DNA of 64,000 nt from Prochlorococcus sp. AG-679-M23. Lineage in GTDB: Bacteria > Cyanobacteriota > Cyanobacteriia > PCC-6307 > Cyanobiaceae. The stretch is taken from the NCBI GenBank assembly GCA_003208875.1, contig QCUR01000001.1, forward strand, positions 224,001-288,000, read 5' to 3'. Positions 52,815 to 64,000 of the stretch are shown here, in pieces. The notes under the pieces are model-generated. The model was not told where the DNA came from and searched no databases. It worked only from the letters and a program-made list of their open reading frames with translations. The position numbers and the translations under genes are program-made. Every line of letters begins with the position of its first letter. Positions within the stretch are counted from its first letter, which is position 1.

Positions 52815-54235
52815 AGTTCCTTAAAAAGTCTTTGCTGAATATTGTGATTAACTAAAGCCCCTGAATAATTATTTTTTTCCAAATCAGATATCTCACCATT
52901 AAGAATATCTGTATTAGAAACCTTAGATAATTCAGGAATCCAGAATTTAATATATTTGCAAATAGGATCAAATTTTTTTGTTTGAGTATAAGGATTAAAA
53001 ATTCTTAAAGGTTTTGGATCCATACCACTACTCGCACTCCATTGCCAGCCTCCATTATTTGCCGCTAAGTCACCATCAACCAATACATTCATAAATTTTT
53101 CTTCACCCATTTGCCAATTGCAAATAAGATCTTTTACTAGAAATGAAGCCACTATCATTCGACACCTATTATGCATCCAACCAGAACTATTAAGTTGTCT
53201 CATTGCTGCATCAATAATAGGAACTCCAGTCTGCCCATCGCTCCATCGAGTAAACCATTCATGATTATTTTGCCAAGGGAAAAGGTCCCATTTTTTTCTA
53301 TAGGGCCCTTTCTCTAATTCTGGAAAATTAAATAAGCAATGTTGATAGAATTCTCTCCAAACTAATTCTTTCTGCCAAGTTTCTATTGATAGTCGATTGT
53401 GTTTATTTATATTTATTAAGTAAGAAGATAATGTTGCATCCCAGACTTTTCGTATACTTATAGTCCCAAATCTCAATGAAGCGCTAAGGAAAGATGTTCC
53501 ATTTTGAGATGGAAAGTCTCTTGAAGATTCGTAAGATCCAATTTTATCTTGGTAAATAAATTGATCTAATAATTTTTCTGCAGCGAGCTCTCCTGGTTTG
53601 CAAGGACATAATTCAACTCCAGCAAAATTTATATTTTTATGAAATCGATCTAATATTAATCTTGATATATCAATTTTCTTTTTTTCTTTAATCCCTATCT
53701 CTAAATCTTTTAGATCACCAATATTATTAAAATTTTTTTTCACATTTACAAAATTAATTTTCGACTTTAAATTCTTGTAAAAAGGACCATAAACTGAATA
53801 TGGTTTGTTAACTCCAGTGAAAATTTGAGAAGGCTCTATTAATAGATGATCCCATAGTTCTATAAACTCAATATTAAATTTTTTTAAATTATCTTTTATT
53901 TTTAAATCCCGATTAATTTCATAAGGTTCTATCGCTTTATTCCAAACAACAAACTTAGCATCAATTAATTTAGCTAATTTAGGTATCAGAATTAAGGGAT
54001 CACCCTCATCTATAATCAATCGACTTCCAAGATTTTTCCAGTTTTTACTTAATTCTTCGAGTGAATTCCCAAGAAACCATGCTCTGGATTTCGCATTGAA
54101 GTCGTAAGAATAATTTTGATCTAAAATATAGGTTGAAGTAATAGCATTTGATAAAGAAAATGCTTTTTTCAAAGCATTATTATCATTTATTCGAAGATCT
54201 TTTCGATGCCAAAAAAGTATTCTGGGGTTATTCAT
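52799..54235 (-). CDS. phrB: DNA photolyase (class I CPD type)
   Basis: WHRKDLRI.DN, WREFY, GWMHNRCRM, D.D.AAN.GGWQW, RIFNP. Confidence 0.93.
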   Translation of the reverse strand: MNNPRILFWHRKDLRINDNNALKKAFSLSNAITSTYILDQNYSYDFNAKSRAWFLGNSLEELSKNWKNLGSRLIIDEGDPLILIPKLAKLIDAKFVVWNKAIEPYEINRDLKIKDNLKKFNIEFIELWDHLLIEPSQIFTGVNKPYSVYGPFYKNLKSKINFVNVKKNFNNIGDLKDLEIGIKEKKKIDISRLILDRFHKNINFAGVELCPCKPGELAAEKLLDQFIYQDKIGSYESSRDFPSQNGTSFLSASLRFGTISIRKVWDATLSSYLININKHNRLSIETWQKELVWREFYQHCLFNFPELEKGPYRKKWDLFPWQNNHEWFTRWSDGQTGVPIIDAAMRQLNSSGWMHNRCRMIVASFLVKDLICNWQMGEEKFMNVLVDGDLAANNGGWQWSASSGMDPKPLRIFNPYTQTKKFDPICKYIKFWIPELSKVSNTDILNGEISDLEKNNYSGALVNHNIQQRLFKELYAQI

Positions 54236-54795
54236 TTAATTCCCAAAAATTGCTTTGCCCTAAACCAAGCGGTTACGGTTTTTGCATCCAGAATTTCATT
54301 ACCACTACAAATCAAATTATCCAAACTTTCAGGTTCCATAAGTAAAACTTCTATATCTTCATCTATATCTCCTTTTACTTGATTGTTTAATTTGCTTAAA
54401 TCGCGTGCAAGAAATAAATGAATTACTTCATCTGAATATCCAGGAGCATTAACGAGAGCACCTAGTTCATCCCACTTTTCTGCTTTATATCCAGCCTCTT
54501 CCTGAATTTCTCTTTTGATTGAGGTTATTGGGGTCTCTCCTATTTCTAAAGTACCTGCTGGAAACTCAAGTAAATATCTTGATACAGCAAATCTATATTG
54601 GCGAAGAAGTATAACTTTATTTTCCTTTGTTATGGGTACAGCTAATGCAGCGTTTGGGAATATTATTTGTCCGTATTCATCTTCATGTCCATTGGGTAGT
54701 TCAATTCTATTTATTTCAAAACTAAATTTTTTTGTTCTTAATTCAGATATTTTTTGTTTAAAAATGGCTTTTTTGAAGTATTTTTTATCTTCCAT
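54232..54795 (-). CDS. NUDIX hydrolase (ADP-ribose pyrophosphatase-like)
   Basis: QYR, EFPAG.LE.GE.....IKREIQEEAG Nudix box. Confidence 0.9.
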   Translation of the reverse strand: MEDKKYFKKAIFKQKISELRTKKFSFEINRIELPNGHEDEYGQIIFPNAALAVPITKENKVILLRQYRFAVSRYLLEFPAGTLEIGETPITSIKREIQEEAGYKAEKWDELGALVNAPGYSDEVIHLFLARDLSKLNNQVKGDIDEDIEVLLMEPESLDNLICSGNEILDAKTVTAWFRAKQFLGIK

Positions 54796-54840
54796 AATTT
54801 AAATAAAAATACCCTAACAATTATTTTAGAATTTTGTAAA

Positions 54841-55407
54841 TTAATAAATAAGCCATCTTGGTTCTTCTATTTTTTTTACTGTTTGTGTTCTGCTTAGGAC
54901 CTCAGACAAAGGAGATATTACAAAATTACGATTCATAAATCTTGGGTGTGGCAATATTAATTCTTCATCCTTGAAGCAAAAATCTTCCCACCATAAAATA
55001 TCTAAATCTAAACATCTAGATAGCCATTTCATATTATTGGGTGTCTTTTTTCTCCCAAAATTTCTTTCCATATTTTTCAATTCTCTTAGGAGTAATTTTG
55101 CGTTGTTTGTTGTTAGGTTTGGAAAAAAATTACTTTTTACTATAAGAAGAGTATTTAAATAATTTGGTTGATCATCCTTAACTCCATGAGGACTTGTTTC
55201 ATATATTGAGGACCAATAAAAAATTGCTTTTGATGATTCAATTTCATTCTCAAAAGATTTAGATTGATTTATCCAATTCTTGATAAGGTTCTCTATTTTG
55301 GGTTTGCAAATTATTAATGATTCGATAGGTTTACCATAATTACTATCAATATTTGCTCCTACAGATATACATAGTCCATTTTTGATATTAAGATTTGATA
55401 ATTCCAC
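54841..55407 (-). CDS. folK: 2-amino-4-hydroxy-6-hydroxymethyldihydropteridine diphosphokinase
   Basis: [33 protein letters not shown]...RNFV. Confidence 0.9.
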   Translation of the reverse strand: MELSNLNIKNGLCISVGANIDSNYGKPIESLIICKPKIENLIKNWINQSKSFENEIESSKAIFYWSSIYETSPHGVKDDQPNYLNTLLIVKSNFFPNLTTNNAKLLLRELKNMERNFGRKKTPNNMKWLSRCLDLDILWWEDFCFKDEELILPHPRFMNRNFVISPLSEVLSRTQTVKKIEEPRWLIY

Positions 55408-55455
55408 TACAAAAAACTAAGTTATTGGATAAATTCTATATCAGGGATTTTTAAA

Positions 55456-57612
55456 GTGATTTTGGAACAAAAGTTAAAAGGGAAAGAAGACATAAAGGAT
55501 TTAATGCAAAAGAGGGATTCGTTTAGAGCATTCCCATTAGCTGCAATTACAGGTCACAGCTTATTAAAATTATCTTTACTTTTAGCAGCTGTCGATCCTA
55601 GCTTAGGAGGAGTAATCATTGCAGGTGGTAGAGGTACTGGTAAGTCGGTATTGGCAAGAGGTTTGCATTCCTTAATCCCACCGATTGAAATAATAGATAA
55701 TGAATTAATACTCGAGAAATTAACTGATAATAAGATTTCTTTCAGACCTATAAGTAGAAATTTAGATCCAACTAAACCTGAGGAATGGGATAAAAATATT
55801 AAACAATTAATAGCGAAAATTATCGGTATTGATTACCTTAGTCAAATTGAAAGTATTCCAAGCAAGGTTGTACAGGCTCCATTTATTCAAGTTCCAATTG
55901 GAATTACGGAAGACAGACTCGTTGGATCTATAGATGTTTCTGCTTCATTGAATACAGGCGAGCAAGTTTTTCAGCCCGGAGTTTTAGCAGAGGCTCATAG
56001 GGGTGTTTTGTATGTTGATGATATTAATTTATTGGATGACGGGATTGTAAATTTAATTCTTGAAGCTACTGGTAGAGAACAAAATAATATTGAAAGAGAT
56101 GGATTAAGTCTTTCTCATCCTTGCAGATCACTTTTGATTGCAACTTATAATCCTGAAGAAGGGGCTTTAAGAGATCATGTATTAGATAGATTTGCAATTG
56201 TTCTTTCTGCGGATCAATCGATAGATAATAACCAAAGAGTTGAAATAACAAAATCTGTATTGTCTCATGCTGAAAACAATATCAAGTTTTCAGAAAAATG
56301 GTCTGAAGAATCTGATAATTTGTCCACCCAGTTAATTTTGGCTAGGCAATGGTTAAAGGATGTAAAAATTACTAAAGAACAAATAACTTATTTAGTAAAT
56401 GAAGCCCTTAGAGGTGGAGTCGAAGGACATAGATCTGAGTTGTTTGCAGTAAAAGTTGCCAAAGCAAATGCAGCCCTTAGAGGTGATGAGAATGTTAATT
56501 CTGATGATTTAAAGGTTGCAGTAAGGTTAGTAATTCTTCCAAGAGCTACGCAAATACCACCTCAGGATGATGATATTCAACCACCACCTCCTGAGGATCA
56601 AAGCCCACCCCCACCTCAGTCAAATAATGAAGATTCTGAACCTGAATCTAACGAAAATGAGGATAATCAAGAAGAAGAACAAGATAATTCTGATGGGGAA
56701 GAAGATTCTACTCCTGATATTCCAGAAGAATTTATTCTTGATCCTGAATCATGCATGGTAGATCCTGATTTATTGCTTTTTTCATCAGCAAAATCTAAAG
56801 CAGGAAATACTGGAAGTAGATCAGTAATTTTAAGTCAAAGCAGAGGTAGATATGTCAGACCTTTAATTCCAAGAGGTAAAGTAAAGAGAATTGCTGTTGA
56901 TGCAACTCTAAGAGCAGCTGCTCCATATCAGAAATCTAGAAGATTAAAGAATCCTAATAAAACTATAATTATTGAAGAAAATGACTTTAGGGCAAAGCTA
57001 CTTCAAAAAAAGGCAGGAGCTTTGGTTATTTTTTTAGTTGATGCTAGTGGTTCTATGGCACTTAATAGAATGCAAAGTGCTAAAGGTGCTGTCATAAGAC
57101 TTTTGACTGAGGCTTATGAAAATAGAGATGAAGTAGCTCTCATACCATTTAGAGGCAATCAAGCAGAGGTTCTTTTGCCGCCAACAAGATCTATTACTGC
57201 AGCAAAAAGAAGGTTAGAGACTATGCCATGTGGAGGTGGGTCTCCTTTGGCTCATGGGTTAACTCAATCAGCAAAAGTAGCAAAAAATGCTCTTTCTACA
57301 GGAGATATAGGTCAGGTCATTGTTGTTGGAATAACTGATGGGAGGGGAAATGTCCCTTTAGGTACATCATTAGGTCAAGCAGAAGTTAATGAAAACGATA
57401 ACGTGGATTTGAAACAAGAAGTATTAGATATTGCCGCTAAATACCCCATGTTAGGAATAAAGTTATTAATTATTGATACAGAAAGGAAATTTATAGCTAG
57501 TGGTTTTGGAAAAGAACTTGCAGAAGCTGCACAAGGGAAATATGTTCAATTGCCTAAAGCTACTGATAAGACAATTGCCGCCATGGCCTTAAATGCAATT
57601 AATGAATTTTAA
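55456..57612 (+). CDS. chlD: Magnesium chelatase subunit D
   Basis: AAA-like domain (GRGTGKS), Pro/acidic linker, vWA DASGSM. Confidence 0.96.
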   Translation: MILEQKLKGKEDIKDLMQKRDSFRAFPLAAITGHSLLKLSLLLAAVDPSLGGVIIAGGRGTGKSVLARGLHSLIPPIEIIDNELILEKLTDNKISFRPISRNLDPTKPEEWDKNIKQLIAKIIGIDYLSQIESIPSKVVQAPFIQVPIGITEDRLVGSIDVSASLNTGEQVFQPGVLAEAHRGVLYVDDINLLDDGIVNLILEATGREQNNIERDGLSLSHPCRSLLIATYNPEEGALRDHVLDRFAIVLSADQSIDNNQRVEITKSVLSHAENNIKFSEKWSEESDNLSTQLILARQWLKDVKITKEQITYLVNEALRGGVEGHRSELFAVKVAKANAALRGDENVNSDDLKVAVRLVILPRATQIPPQDDDIQPPPPEDQSPPPPQSNNEDSEPESNENEDNQEEEQDNSDGEEDSTPDIPEEFILDPESCMVDPDLLLFSSAKSKAGNTGSRSVILSQSRGRYVRPLIPRGKVKRIAVDATLRAAAPYQKSRRLKNPNKTIIIEENDFRAKLLQKKAGALVIFLVDASGSMALNRMQSAKGAVIRLLTEAYENRDEVALIPFRGNQAEVLLPPTRSITAAKRRLETMPCGGGSPLAHGLTQSAKVAKNALSTGDIGQVIVVGITDGRGNVPLGTSLGQAEVNENDNVDLKQEVLDIAAKYPMLGIKLLIIDTERKFIASGFGKELAEAAQGKYVQLPKATDKTIAAMALNAINEF

Positions 57613-57617
57613 ATTTT

Positions 57618-58463
57618 TTATGGGTAAATCTCATTAAGGAATTTTGATAGCCCAATTGTTAAATCTCTAATAGATTTAGTTAATTCTTTATCTTTCATTA
57701 ATTGTACAAAATCATCACTCATAGTATCAAATTTGCCTGATATTGATTCGGCCGCTTCGATTGTTAATTTAATATCTTTAAGAGTTTCTTCGTCATTAAT
57801 AGTAGACAAAATATTGTTTAAATGACCTGCTGCAATGGTTACCTCTTCTATGAGAGGTTTAACTCTAATTATTTCTTGCTTTGATAAATAAATTAGTTCA
57901 TCAAGATTTTCTTGCGTTTTATCAAATTGGTCTATTGAATTAACTACATTTTCAATTAAATTTTCTTGATTTGATTCTTTAAGTAGTTGATTTATCCTGT
58001 TAGTGATATTTGAAAGGCTCGATAGTTGCTTTCCAGTAATAGTGTCTCCTTGGCAAATAATTAATTTACTATCACATTTGTCTGATATGGCTTTTGGAGT
58101 ATTCTTTGGAATTGTTTTTTCACTAGTTTCTAATGCAACTTGAACATCTCCCCCTAAAAATGAATTCGTAACAACTCGTGCGAATGCAGGTTTGGGAAGA
58201 ATAATGTCTAGATTATTTAAAACAATTTTTGCTTTGATTGATTCATTAGTAAAAAGAATATCCTCAATTGAACCTACTAAGATCCCTCTGTAAGTTACTG
58301 GAGATTTTTTTGATAGACCACTTGCGTTGTTAAATTCTGCAAAAAGATACCAATTTTTCGAAGATAGCTTTACACCTCTTAACCAGAATGAAAAAAATGT
58401 AAATACTAATAAACCTCCTAACAAGGAAAATCCTACTATCGAATCTCTTAAGCTTCTACGCAT
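57618..58463 (-). CDS. MlaD/MCE family substrate-binding protein (Ycf22-like)
   Basis: N-terminal TM, ASGL....PVTYRGI.VG MCE motif, helical C-terminus. Confidence 0.85.
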   Translation of the reverse strand: MRRSLRDSIVGFSLLGGLLVFTFFSFWLRGVKLSSKNWYLFAEFNNASGLSKKSPVTYRGILVGSIEDILFTNESIKAKIVLNNLDIILPKPAFARVVTNSFLGGDVQVALETSEKTIPKNTPKAISDKCDSKLIICQGDTITGKQLSSLSNITNRINQLLKESNQENLIENVVNSIDQFDKTQENLDELIYLSKQEIIRVKPLIEEVTIAAGHLNNILSTINDEETLKDIKLTIEAAESISGKFDTMSDDFVQLMKDKELTKSIRDLTIGLSKFLNEIYP

Positions 58464-58468
58464 GGTTT

Positions 58469-59287
58469 TTAAATGTCTTTTGGTTGCATTGGTCCTGCAA
58501 GGTTCCCATTTCTAAATTGAAAAACATAAGGATCATTACTCTTTTTAAATTCATCAATTGAACCAGCCCATCTGAATTTACCTCCATATAGCATAACAAC
58601 TTTTTCTGAAGTCCTTTCTATAGTACTAAGAACATGACTCACAACAATAGATGATCCATTGGCTTTATTATTTGTATTATTTATCAAGTCTTCAATTCTT
58701 GAAGAAGCAATAGGGTCAAGACCAGCAGTAGGTTCATCAAAAAGTAATAATGGTTGACTTTTTTTATCTAAATCTTGATCTGTAATCAATGCTCTTGCAA
58801 AACTTACTCTTTTTTGCATACCGCCACTTAATTCATTTGGTAGCTTTTTCTCAACATTAAATAATCCTACTTCTTCCAAACATTCTCTTACAATTTCTTT
58901 AATAAATTTCTTGGATAAATTTTTATTCTTTTGAAGTAGGAAGCCTACATTTTCTTCGATAGTTAAAGATCCTAATAAAGCAGGATTCTGAAAAACTAAT
59001 CTTACATCTGGAGGGTTAGTTTGATCTAATCTTAAGTAAGTTTGTTTATGTCCAAATATACTTAATTCACCCGCAGTGGGTAAAAGCAAACCTGCCAAGA
59101 TTTTTAATATAGTTGATTTCCCTGAGCCTGAAGGGCCAACAATAGCTAATTTTTCTCCCTCATAAAGTTTTAAATTGATTTTATTTAGTACATTCAGTTC
59201 TCCCCAACTAATTGAGAGATTAGTGGTTTCTACGACATTCTTTGTTTTTTTCAAAATGTATATAGAGCAATTTGTCTTTAAATACAT
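58469..59287 (-). CDS. ABC transporter ATP-binding protein (MlaF/Mkl-like)
   Basis: GPSGSGKS, LSGGMQKRV, DEPTAGLDP; adjacent to the MCE gene; true start may be slightly downstream. Confidence 0.9.
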   Translation of the reverse strand: MYLKTNCSIYILKKTKNVVETTNLSISWGELNVLNKINLKLYEGEKLAIVGPSGSGKSTILKILAGLLLPTAGELSIFGHKQTYLRLDQTNPPDVRLVFQNPALLGSLTIEENVGFLLQKNKNLSKKFIKEIVRECLEEVGLFNVEKKLPNELSGGMQKRVSFARALITDQDLDKKSQPLLLFDEPTAGLDPIASSRIEDLINNTNNKANGSSIVVSHVLSTIERTSEKVVMLYGGKFRWAGSIDEFKKSNDPYVFQFRNGNLAGPMQPKDI

Positions 59288-59376
59288 ATTGCCTACTTTT
59301 TAAAAATAAAAAAGGATGTATGTATTTGATTTATAATTAATTTATATATTTAGATTTTAAGAAATTTAAGAGGATT

Positions 59377-60765
59377 TTGATGCAGAAGAAGAAAAAAAGA
59401 ATAAAGAGAACTTTATCTTATTTCAAAAAGTCAAATTTGGGTTTGATAAATAAAATTATAAGAATTCTTAGTTGGTTATTGCCAGGGTTAGTAATCAAAA
59501 GATGGATGATAACTTCTGCTATTGGATTATTAACTTCTTTATTAGGGATTGCAATCTGGACTAATTTAAGACCTCTTTATTGGTTAATAGAAGTCTTTTT
59601 CTCGATAATGAACGTAATAACAAAAATTTTGCCTATTTCAGTTTTGGGACCATTAATACTTTTGTTTGGGCTTCTCTTGATTGGTATTGGGCAAAACAGA
59701 AGTATTAATTCTATACAAAAAGCTCTTGTTCCAGAAAAAAATACATTTTTAGTAGATGCACTAAGAGTTAAAAGTAAATTAAATAGAGGCCCAAATATTG
59801 TTGCTATTGGAGGAGGAACAGGCTTGTCAACATTATTGAAAGGCCTAAAAAACTACAGCAGTAATATAACTGCAATAGTTACAGTTTCAGATGATGGAGG
59901 TAGTAGCGGAGTTTTAAGAAAACAATTAGGAGTTCAACCACCTGGAGATATCAGAAATTGTTTGGCAGCCTTATCAAATGAAGAACCAATATTAACAAGA
60001 TTATTTCAATACAGATTTTCTGGAGGTAGTGGATTAGAGGGACATAGTTTTGGCAATTTATTCTTATCTGCTTTAACAACAATTACGGGGAGTTTAGAAA
60101 AGGCGGTTCAGGCTTCCAGTAAAGTTTTGGCAGTACAAGGACAAGTATTGCCAGCAACAAATACAGATGTAATGCTTTGGGCAGAACTTGAAGACGGTGA
60201 GAAAATATTTGGTGAAAGTAAAATAAGTCAATCAAAAAAGGTGATTTCCAGGATTGGTTATCTGCCCGAAAATCCATCGGCTCTTCCTAGTGCTCTTGAA
60301 TCTATTAAAGAAGCAGACCTAATAATACTTGGTCCAGGAAGTCTTTATACTTCTTTGCTACCTAATTTACTAGTCCCTGAAATTGTAGATGCTCTTCTGA
60401 AAAGTAATGCTCCCAAAATCTACATAAGTAATTTGATGACTCAACCAGGGGAAACGGATAATCTTGACGTATATCAACACATCAAAGCAATAGAAAAGCA
60501 ATTATCAAATTTTGGTGTAAAAAATCGAATATTTAATGCAATACTTTCTCAAATTCAATTTGAAAAGTCACCGCTTGTTGATTATTACCAAAGTAGAGGT
60601 GCCATGCCAGTGATTTGTAATAAAGAAGAATTAATTGCAGAAGGATATTACGTCTTGCAAGCTCCCCTTTATTCAAGAAAGATAACTCCAACACTTAGGC
60701 ATGACCCCCGAAGACTTGCAAGGGCAGTAATGTTTATTAATAAAAAATTGAAGAAATTAAATTAA
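59377..60765 (+). CDS. YvcK/CofD-related UDP-sugar-binding protein with N-terminal membrane anchor
   Basis: IGGGTGL, DDGGSSG, PPGDIRNC, GHSFGNL, GPGSLYTS, RHD. Confidence 0.9.
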   Translation: MMQKKKKRIKRTLSYFKKSNLGLINKIIRILSWLLPGLVIKRWMITSAIGLLTSLLGIAIWTNLRPLYWLIEVFFSIMNVITKILPISVLGPLILLFGLLLIGIGQNRSINSIQKALVPEKNTFLVDALRVKSKLNRGPNIVAIGGGTGLSTLLKGLKNYSSNITAIVTVSDDGGSSGVLRKQLGVQPPGDIRNCLAALSNEEPILTRLFQYRFSGGSGLEGHSFGNLFLSALTTITGSLEKAVQASSKVLAVQGQVLPATNTDVMLWAELEDGEKIFGESKISQSKKVISRIGYLPENPSALPSALESIKEADLIILGPGSLYTSLLPNLLVPEIVDALLKSNAPKIYISNLMTQPGETDNLDVYQHIKAIEKQLSNFGVKNRIFNAILSQIQFEKSPLVDYYQSRGAMPVICNKEELIAEGYYVLQAPLYSRKITPTLRHDPRRLARAVMFINKKLKKLN

Positions 60766-60774
60766 TAAACTTGT

Positions 60775-61305
60775 CTAATAAGCATCTTGTAATTCGTAGA
60801 AGTCAGGTTGTATATAATCTTTTCTTAATGGCCAGCCTCTCCAGTCTTCTGGCATTAAAAGTCTTGTTGGATTTGGATGATCAGCAAAATTGATTCCAAA
60901 CATGTCATAGGTTTCCCTTTCTTGCCAATCACTACCCTTGAAAATTTTATAGAGGCTAGGTATAGATAAATCTGAGTCTCTATTTAAAAACACTTTTACT
61001 CTAATTTCTTTAATCTCTTTTATATCTTGAATATCTCCAAGTGAGATTAGATGGTAAAAACTTACGAGACATTTGCCTGGCCCTTCATCATAACCTCCTT
61101 GACACTGTAGGTAGTTAAAGCCATACCCTTTTAAAGTAGATATTGCTTCGTACAAATTTTCTGGTTTTACTGAAAGTATCTCAACACCTATATGATCATT
61201 CCCTAAAGATTCGTTTGTAATTCCATCTTCAGAAAGCTGATTACTTATTATTCCATTTTGTTTTACAATTTTTTCTGAAGATTCAGGTGAACTATTATTT
61301 TCCAT
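60775..61305 (-). CDS. ndhJ: NDH-1 subunit J
   Basis: WQERETYDMFG, HP...RLLMPEDW.GWPLRKDY. Confidence 0.96.
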   Translation of the reverse strand: MENNSSPESSEKIVKQNGIISNQLSEDGITNESLGNDHIGVEILSVKPENLYEAISTLKGYGFNYLQCQGGYDEGPGKCLVSFYHLISLGDIQDIKEIKEIRVKVFLNRDSDLSIPSLYKIFKGSDWQERETYDMFGINFADHPNPTRLLMPEDWRGWPLRKDYIQPDFYELQDAY

Positions 61306-62039
61306 TATTTTATTTCTTCATCTATAGAATTTGTTTCATATATATTTTCACTACTTTCTTCTATCTGATCAAGATTAGAGGATTCAATTGACTTTTCAGA
61401 TTTTTTATTTAAATACTCACCAGTATTTTCTGAAAAAACAAGATTCATTTCATGACCTACAGTTAGATATCTATGAGTTTGTTCAGCTTTACTCCTCTCA
61501 AGAATACTCTCATTAGCAACTTTTTTTCTTAATTTTATAACAGCATCAAAAATAGCTTCTGGTCTAGGAGGACATCCAGGAAGGTACAAATCAACTGGGA
61601 TTAATTTATCAACTCCTCTAACTGCTGTTGTTGAATCTGCACTAAACATTCCACCAGTTATGGTACAAGCTCCCATGGCAATGACATATTTTGGTTCTGG
61701 CATTTGCTCATATAATCTTACTAATGCTGGTGCCATTTTCATTGTGACTGTTCCAGCAACAATTAGTAAGTCTGCTTGTCTTGGAGAACTTCTAGGTACC
61801 AAGCCAAATCTATCAAAATCAAACCTAGACCCTATAAGTGCGGCAAATTCTATAAAACAGCATGCAGTACCGTATAAAAGTGGCCATAGACTACTTAATC
61901 TAGCCCAGTTATGAAGATCATCTAAACTTGTCATTATAATATTTTCGCTCAAGTCAGTTGTGACTTGTGGCGCACCTAGAGGATTACAAGTTTCTTCTCT
62001 AAGTTCTCTTATTGCTTTTGGTGAAAGTGAATTGTTCAA
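61305..62039 (-). CDS. ndhK: NDH-1 subunit K
   Basis: [17 protein letters not shown]...[10 protein letters not shown]. Confidence 0.97.
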   Translation of the reverse strand: MNNSLSPKAIRELREETCNPLGAPQVTTDLSENIIMTSLDDLHNWARLSSLWPLLYGTACCFIEFAALIGSRFDFDRFGLVPRSSPRQADLLIVAGTVTMKMAPALVRLYEQMPEPKYVIAMGACTITGGMFSADSTTAVRGVDKLIPVDLYLPGCPPRPEAIFDAVIKLRKKVANESILERSKAEQTHRYLTVGHEMNLVFSENTGEYLNKKSEKSIESSNLDQIEESSENIYETNSIDEEIK

Positions 62040-62043
62040 ATTT

Positions 62044-62406
62044 TTAACTCCATTCTAAAGCTCCTTTTCTCCAAGCGTAAGCAAGAGCAACTACTAATAT
62101 TGTAATAAATATTAGAGCCTCAATAAATGCTAGTAAGCCTAGTCGATTGAATGCAACCGCCCAAGGATAAAGAAATACTGTTTCTACATCGAATATAACG
62201 AATACTAATGCAAACATGTAATATCTAATATTGAACTGTATCCAAGCTCCCCCAATAGGCTCCATCCCTGATTCGTAGGTAAGTTTTCTCTCGCCGGTTC
62301 TTCCTTTGGGAGAAACTATTAGGTTAGTAACTAAAGCTAAAATAGGTACTGCCGCTGCAATTATTAAAAAACCTAAAAAATATTCGTAGCCGGGTAATAA
62401 AAACAT
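62044..62406 (-). CDS. ndhC: NDH-1 subunit 3
   Basis: [31 protein letters not shown]. Confidence 0.97.
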   Translation of the reverse strand: MFLLPGYEYFLGFLIIAAAVPILALVTNLIVSPKGRTGERKLTYESGMEPIGGAWIQFNIRYYMFALVFVIFDVETVFLYPWAVAFNRLGLLAFIEALIFITILVVALAYAWRKGALEWS

Positions 62407-62478
62407 TTAAAAAAATTGTTGGAAAATTCGCTTAATTCAGCAAAATCTTTTAGAGTCTCTAAAGTTAGATACTAAATC

Positions 62479-62907
62479 GTGAGTGAAAACATTCAACCAT
62501 CTTCTGAGGAAAACCAAATAGTTGAGGATTTAACAGATAAAGAATCTTCTGAAAAACTTTTAGAAGTTAAAGATAAAGAACTAGTTACTAATTTAGAACA
62601 AAATAGATTCGAATGTAGAAATTGTGGATACATTTATGATCCTATAGAAGGAAACAAGAAACTTAATATACCTAAAAATACTCCTTTCTCGGCAATAGAT
62701 GGAAATACTTTTGCTTGTCCAGTCTGTAGGGCAGGCAAAAATTTATATAAAGATATTGGTCCTAGAGAAAAGCCTAGTGGTTTTGAAGAGAATTTAACTT
62801 ACGGCTTTGGATTCAATAGTTTGCCACCTGGTCAGAAAAATATTTTAATATTTGGTGGTTTAGCATTTGCAGCTGCTTGTTTCCTTTCTTTGTACTCTTT
62901 GCATTAA
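62479..62907 (+). CDS. rubA: Membrane-anchored rubredoxin
   Basis: CRNCGYIYDP...CPVC plus C-terminal TM; upstream of ycf48. Confidence 0.93.
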   Translation: MSENIQPSSEENQIVEDLTDKESSEKLLEVKDKELVTNLEQNRFECRNCGYIYDPIEGNKKLNIPKNTPFSAIDGNTFACPVCRAGKNLYKDIGPREKPSGFEENLTYGFGFNSLPPGQKNILIFGGLAFAAACFLSLYSLH

Positions 62908-62916
62908 AATATATCC

Positions 62917-63930
62917 ATGAAAAAATTTTTAACTAGCATTCCAAATCTTCTTTTAACATTTACACTTTGCTTTGTTTTAAGTAGTTGCTCATCAACAGGT
63001 GTAAAAATGAGCGAGAGTAGTCCCTGGGAAACAATTCAGTTTGAAGATCAGTCAAATGTATTAGATATAGATTTCATAGATAATAATCATGGATTTTTAG
63101 TTGGATCAAATAGGCTAATTATGGAATCTAATGATGGAGGTAAATCATGGGAAAAAAGATCGTTAGATATTGCTGCAGAGGAGAATTTCCGTTTACTTGA
63201 TATAGATTTTAGAGGTTCTGAGGGGTGGTTGATAGGACAACCTTCTTTAGTTATGCATACTATTGATGAAGGCAAAAACTGGACTAGGTTATCCCTTGGT
63301 AAGTTACCTGGCCAGCCTTTTTTAGTTTCAACTATTGATGATGGGGTAGCTGAATTGGCAACAACTTCAGCTGCTATTTATGTAACCTCAAATAGTGGTG
63401 AAACATGGGAAGCAAAAGTATCAGACCCTTCAGAGCAGGGGGGCATCAGAGATTTAAGAAGAACATCTAATGGAGATTATGTAAGTGTAAGTAGTCTTGG
63501 TAATTTTTTCTCTACTCTTGAAAATGAAAGTGATACATGGATAGCTCATCAAAGAGCGAGTAGCAAGAGAGTTCAAAGTATAGGATTTAATCCAAACGGT
63601 AATTTATGGATGTTATCTCGAGGAGCTGAAATAAGATTTAATGATGATAGTGATGATTTAGAAAGTTGGACTAAACCAATAGTTCCAATTCTAAATGGCT
63701 ATAATTATTTGGACATGGGTTGGGATCCTGAAGGAAATATCTGGGCTGGCGGCGGTAATGGAACTTTGATTGTTAGTAAAGATGATGGTAAAACATGGGA
63801 TTCTGATCCTGTCGCTTCAAATCTGCCAACTAACTACATCAAGATTCAATTCTTAGAAAAAGATGAATTAGATGCTAAAAAAGGCTTTATTCTGGGAGAA
63901 AGGGGTTATATCCTGAGGTGGAACGGTTAA
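62917..63930 (+). CDS. ycf48: PSII assembly factor Ycf48/HCF136
   Basis: Lipobox LSSC, repeated S/T.D.G..W (BNR) motifs, [10 protein letters not shown]. Confidence 0.95.
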   Translation: MKKFLTSIPNLLLTFTLCFVLSSCSSTGVKMSESSPWETIQFEDQSNVLDIDFIDNNHGFLVGSNRLIMESNDGGKSWEKRSLDIAAEENFRLLDIDFRGSEGWLIGQPSLVMHTIDEGKNWTRLSLGKLPGQPFLVSTIDDGVAELATTSAAIYVTSNSGETWEAKVSDPSEQGGIRDLRRTSNGDYVSVSSLGNFFSTLENESDTWIAHQRASSKRVQSIGFNPNGNLWMLSRGAEIRFNDDSDDLESWTKPIVPILNGYNYLDMGWDPEGNIWAGGGNGTLIVSKDDGKTWDSDPVASNLPTNYIKIQFLEKDELDAKKGFILGERGYILRWNG

Positions 63931-64000
63931 TTTCCATTAAATACAAAAATAAAAAAATCCTTAATTTTGTTGCAATTTAACAACTGTCTGTAACCAAGCT

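Noticed and set aside
56555..56725. Pro-rich and acidic low-complexity stretch in chlD
   Set aside because: Normal linker of ChlD/BchD proteins
836..63275. Other short ORFs in the track that overlap annotated genes (e.g. 836-1021, 5104-5409, 21463-21840, 42132-42533)
   Set aside because: Antisense or alternate-frame shadows of conserved genes with no independent support

Overview
AT-rich, gene-dense core-genome segment of a marine picocyanobacterium. The gene content, order, low GC and a CPD photolyase point to a high-light Prochlorococcus (inference). It runs from sat/psbO through ileS, thyX-dcd, ntcA, psbH/N/I, leuCD, glyA, amt1, purH, a Hik2-like kinase, psbK, fabI, chlD and ndhCKJ to rubA-ycf48. 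There are about 65 protein genes, including psbN, psbI and psbK, which are too short for the ORF track, and the truncated sat. There are also three tRNAs. I found no integrase, transposase, CRISPR array or genomic island. The signals worth following up are mostly non-coding or at gene starts. (1) A promoter-anchored, long structured 5' leader precedes the basic DUF3155-like gene. (2) Two NrdR-like boxes 31 bp apart cover the promoter of an operon comprising a P-loop-degenerate cobalamin adenosyltransferase homologue, dcd and thyX. (3) crtR and mpg have conserved N-termini upstream of any ATG/GTG/TTG. (4) A terminator-like hairpin lies in the NtcA-controlled amt1 leader. (5) A TM0106-type nuclease has an apparently dead N-terminal active site. 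All product names come from recognising motifs by eye; no searches or folding programs were run.
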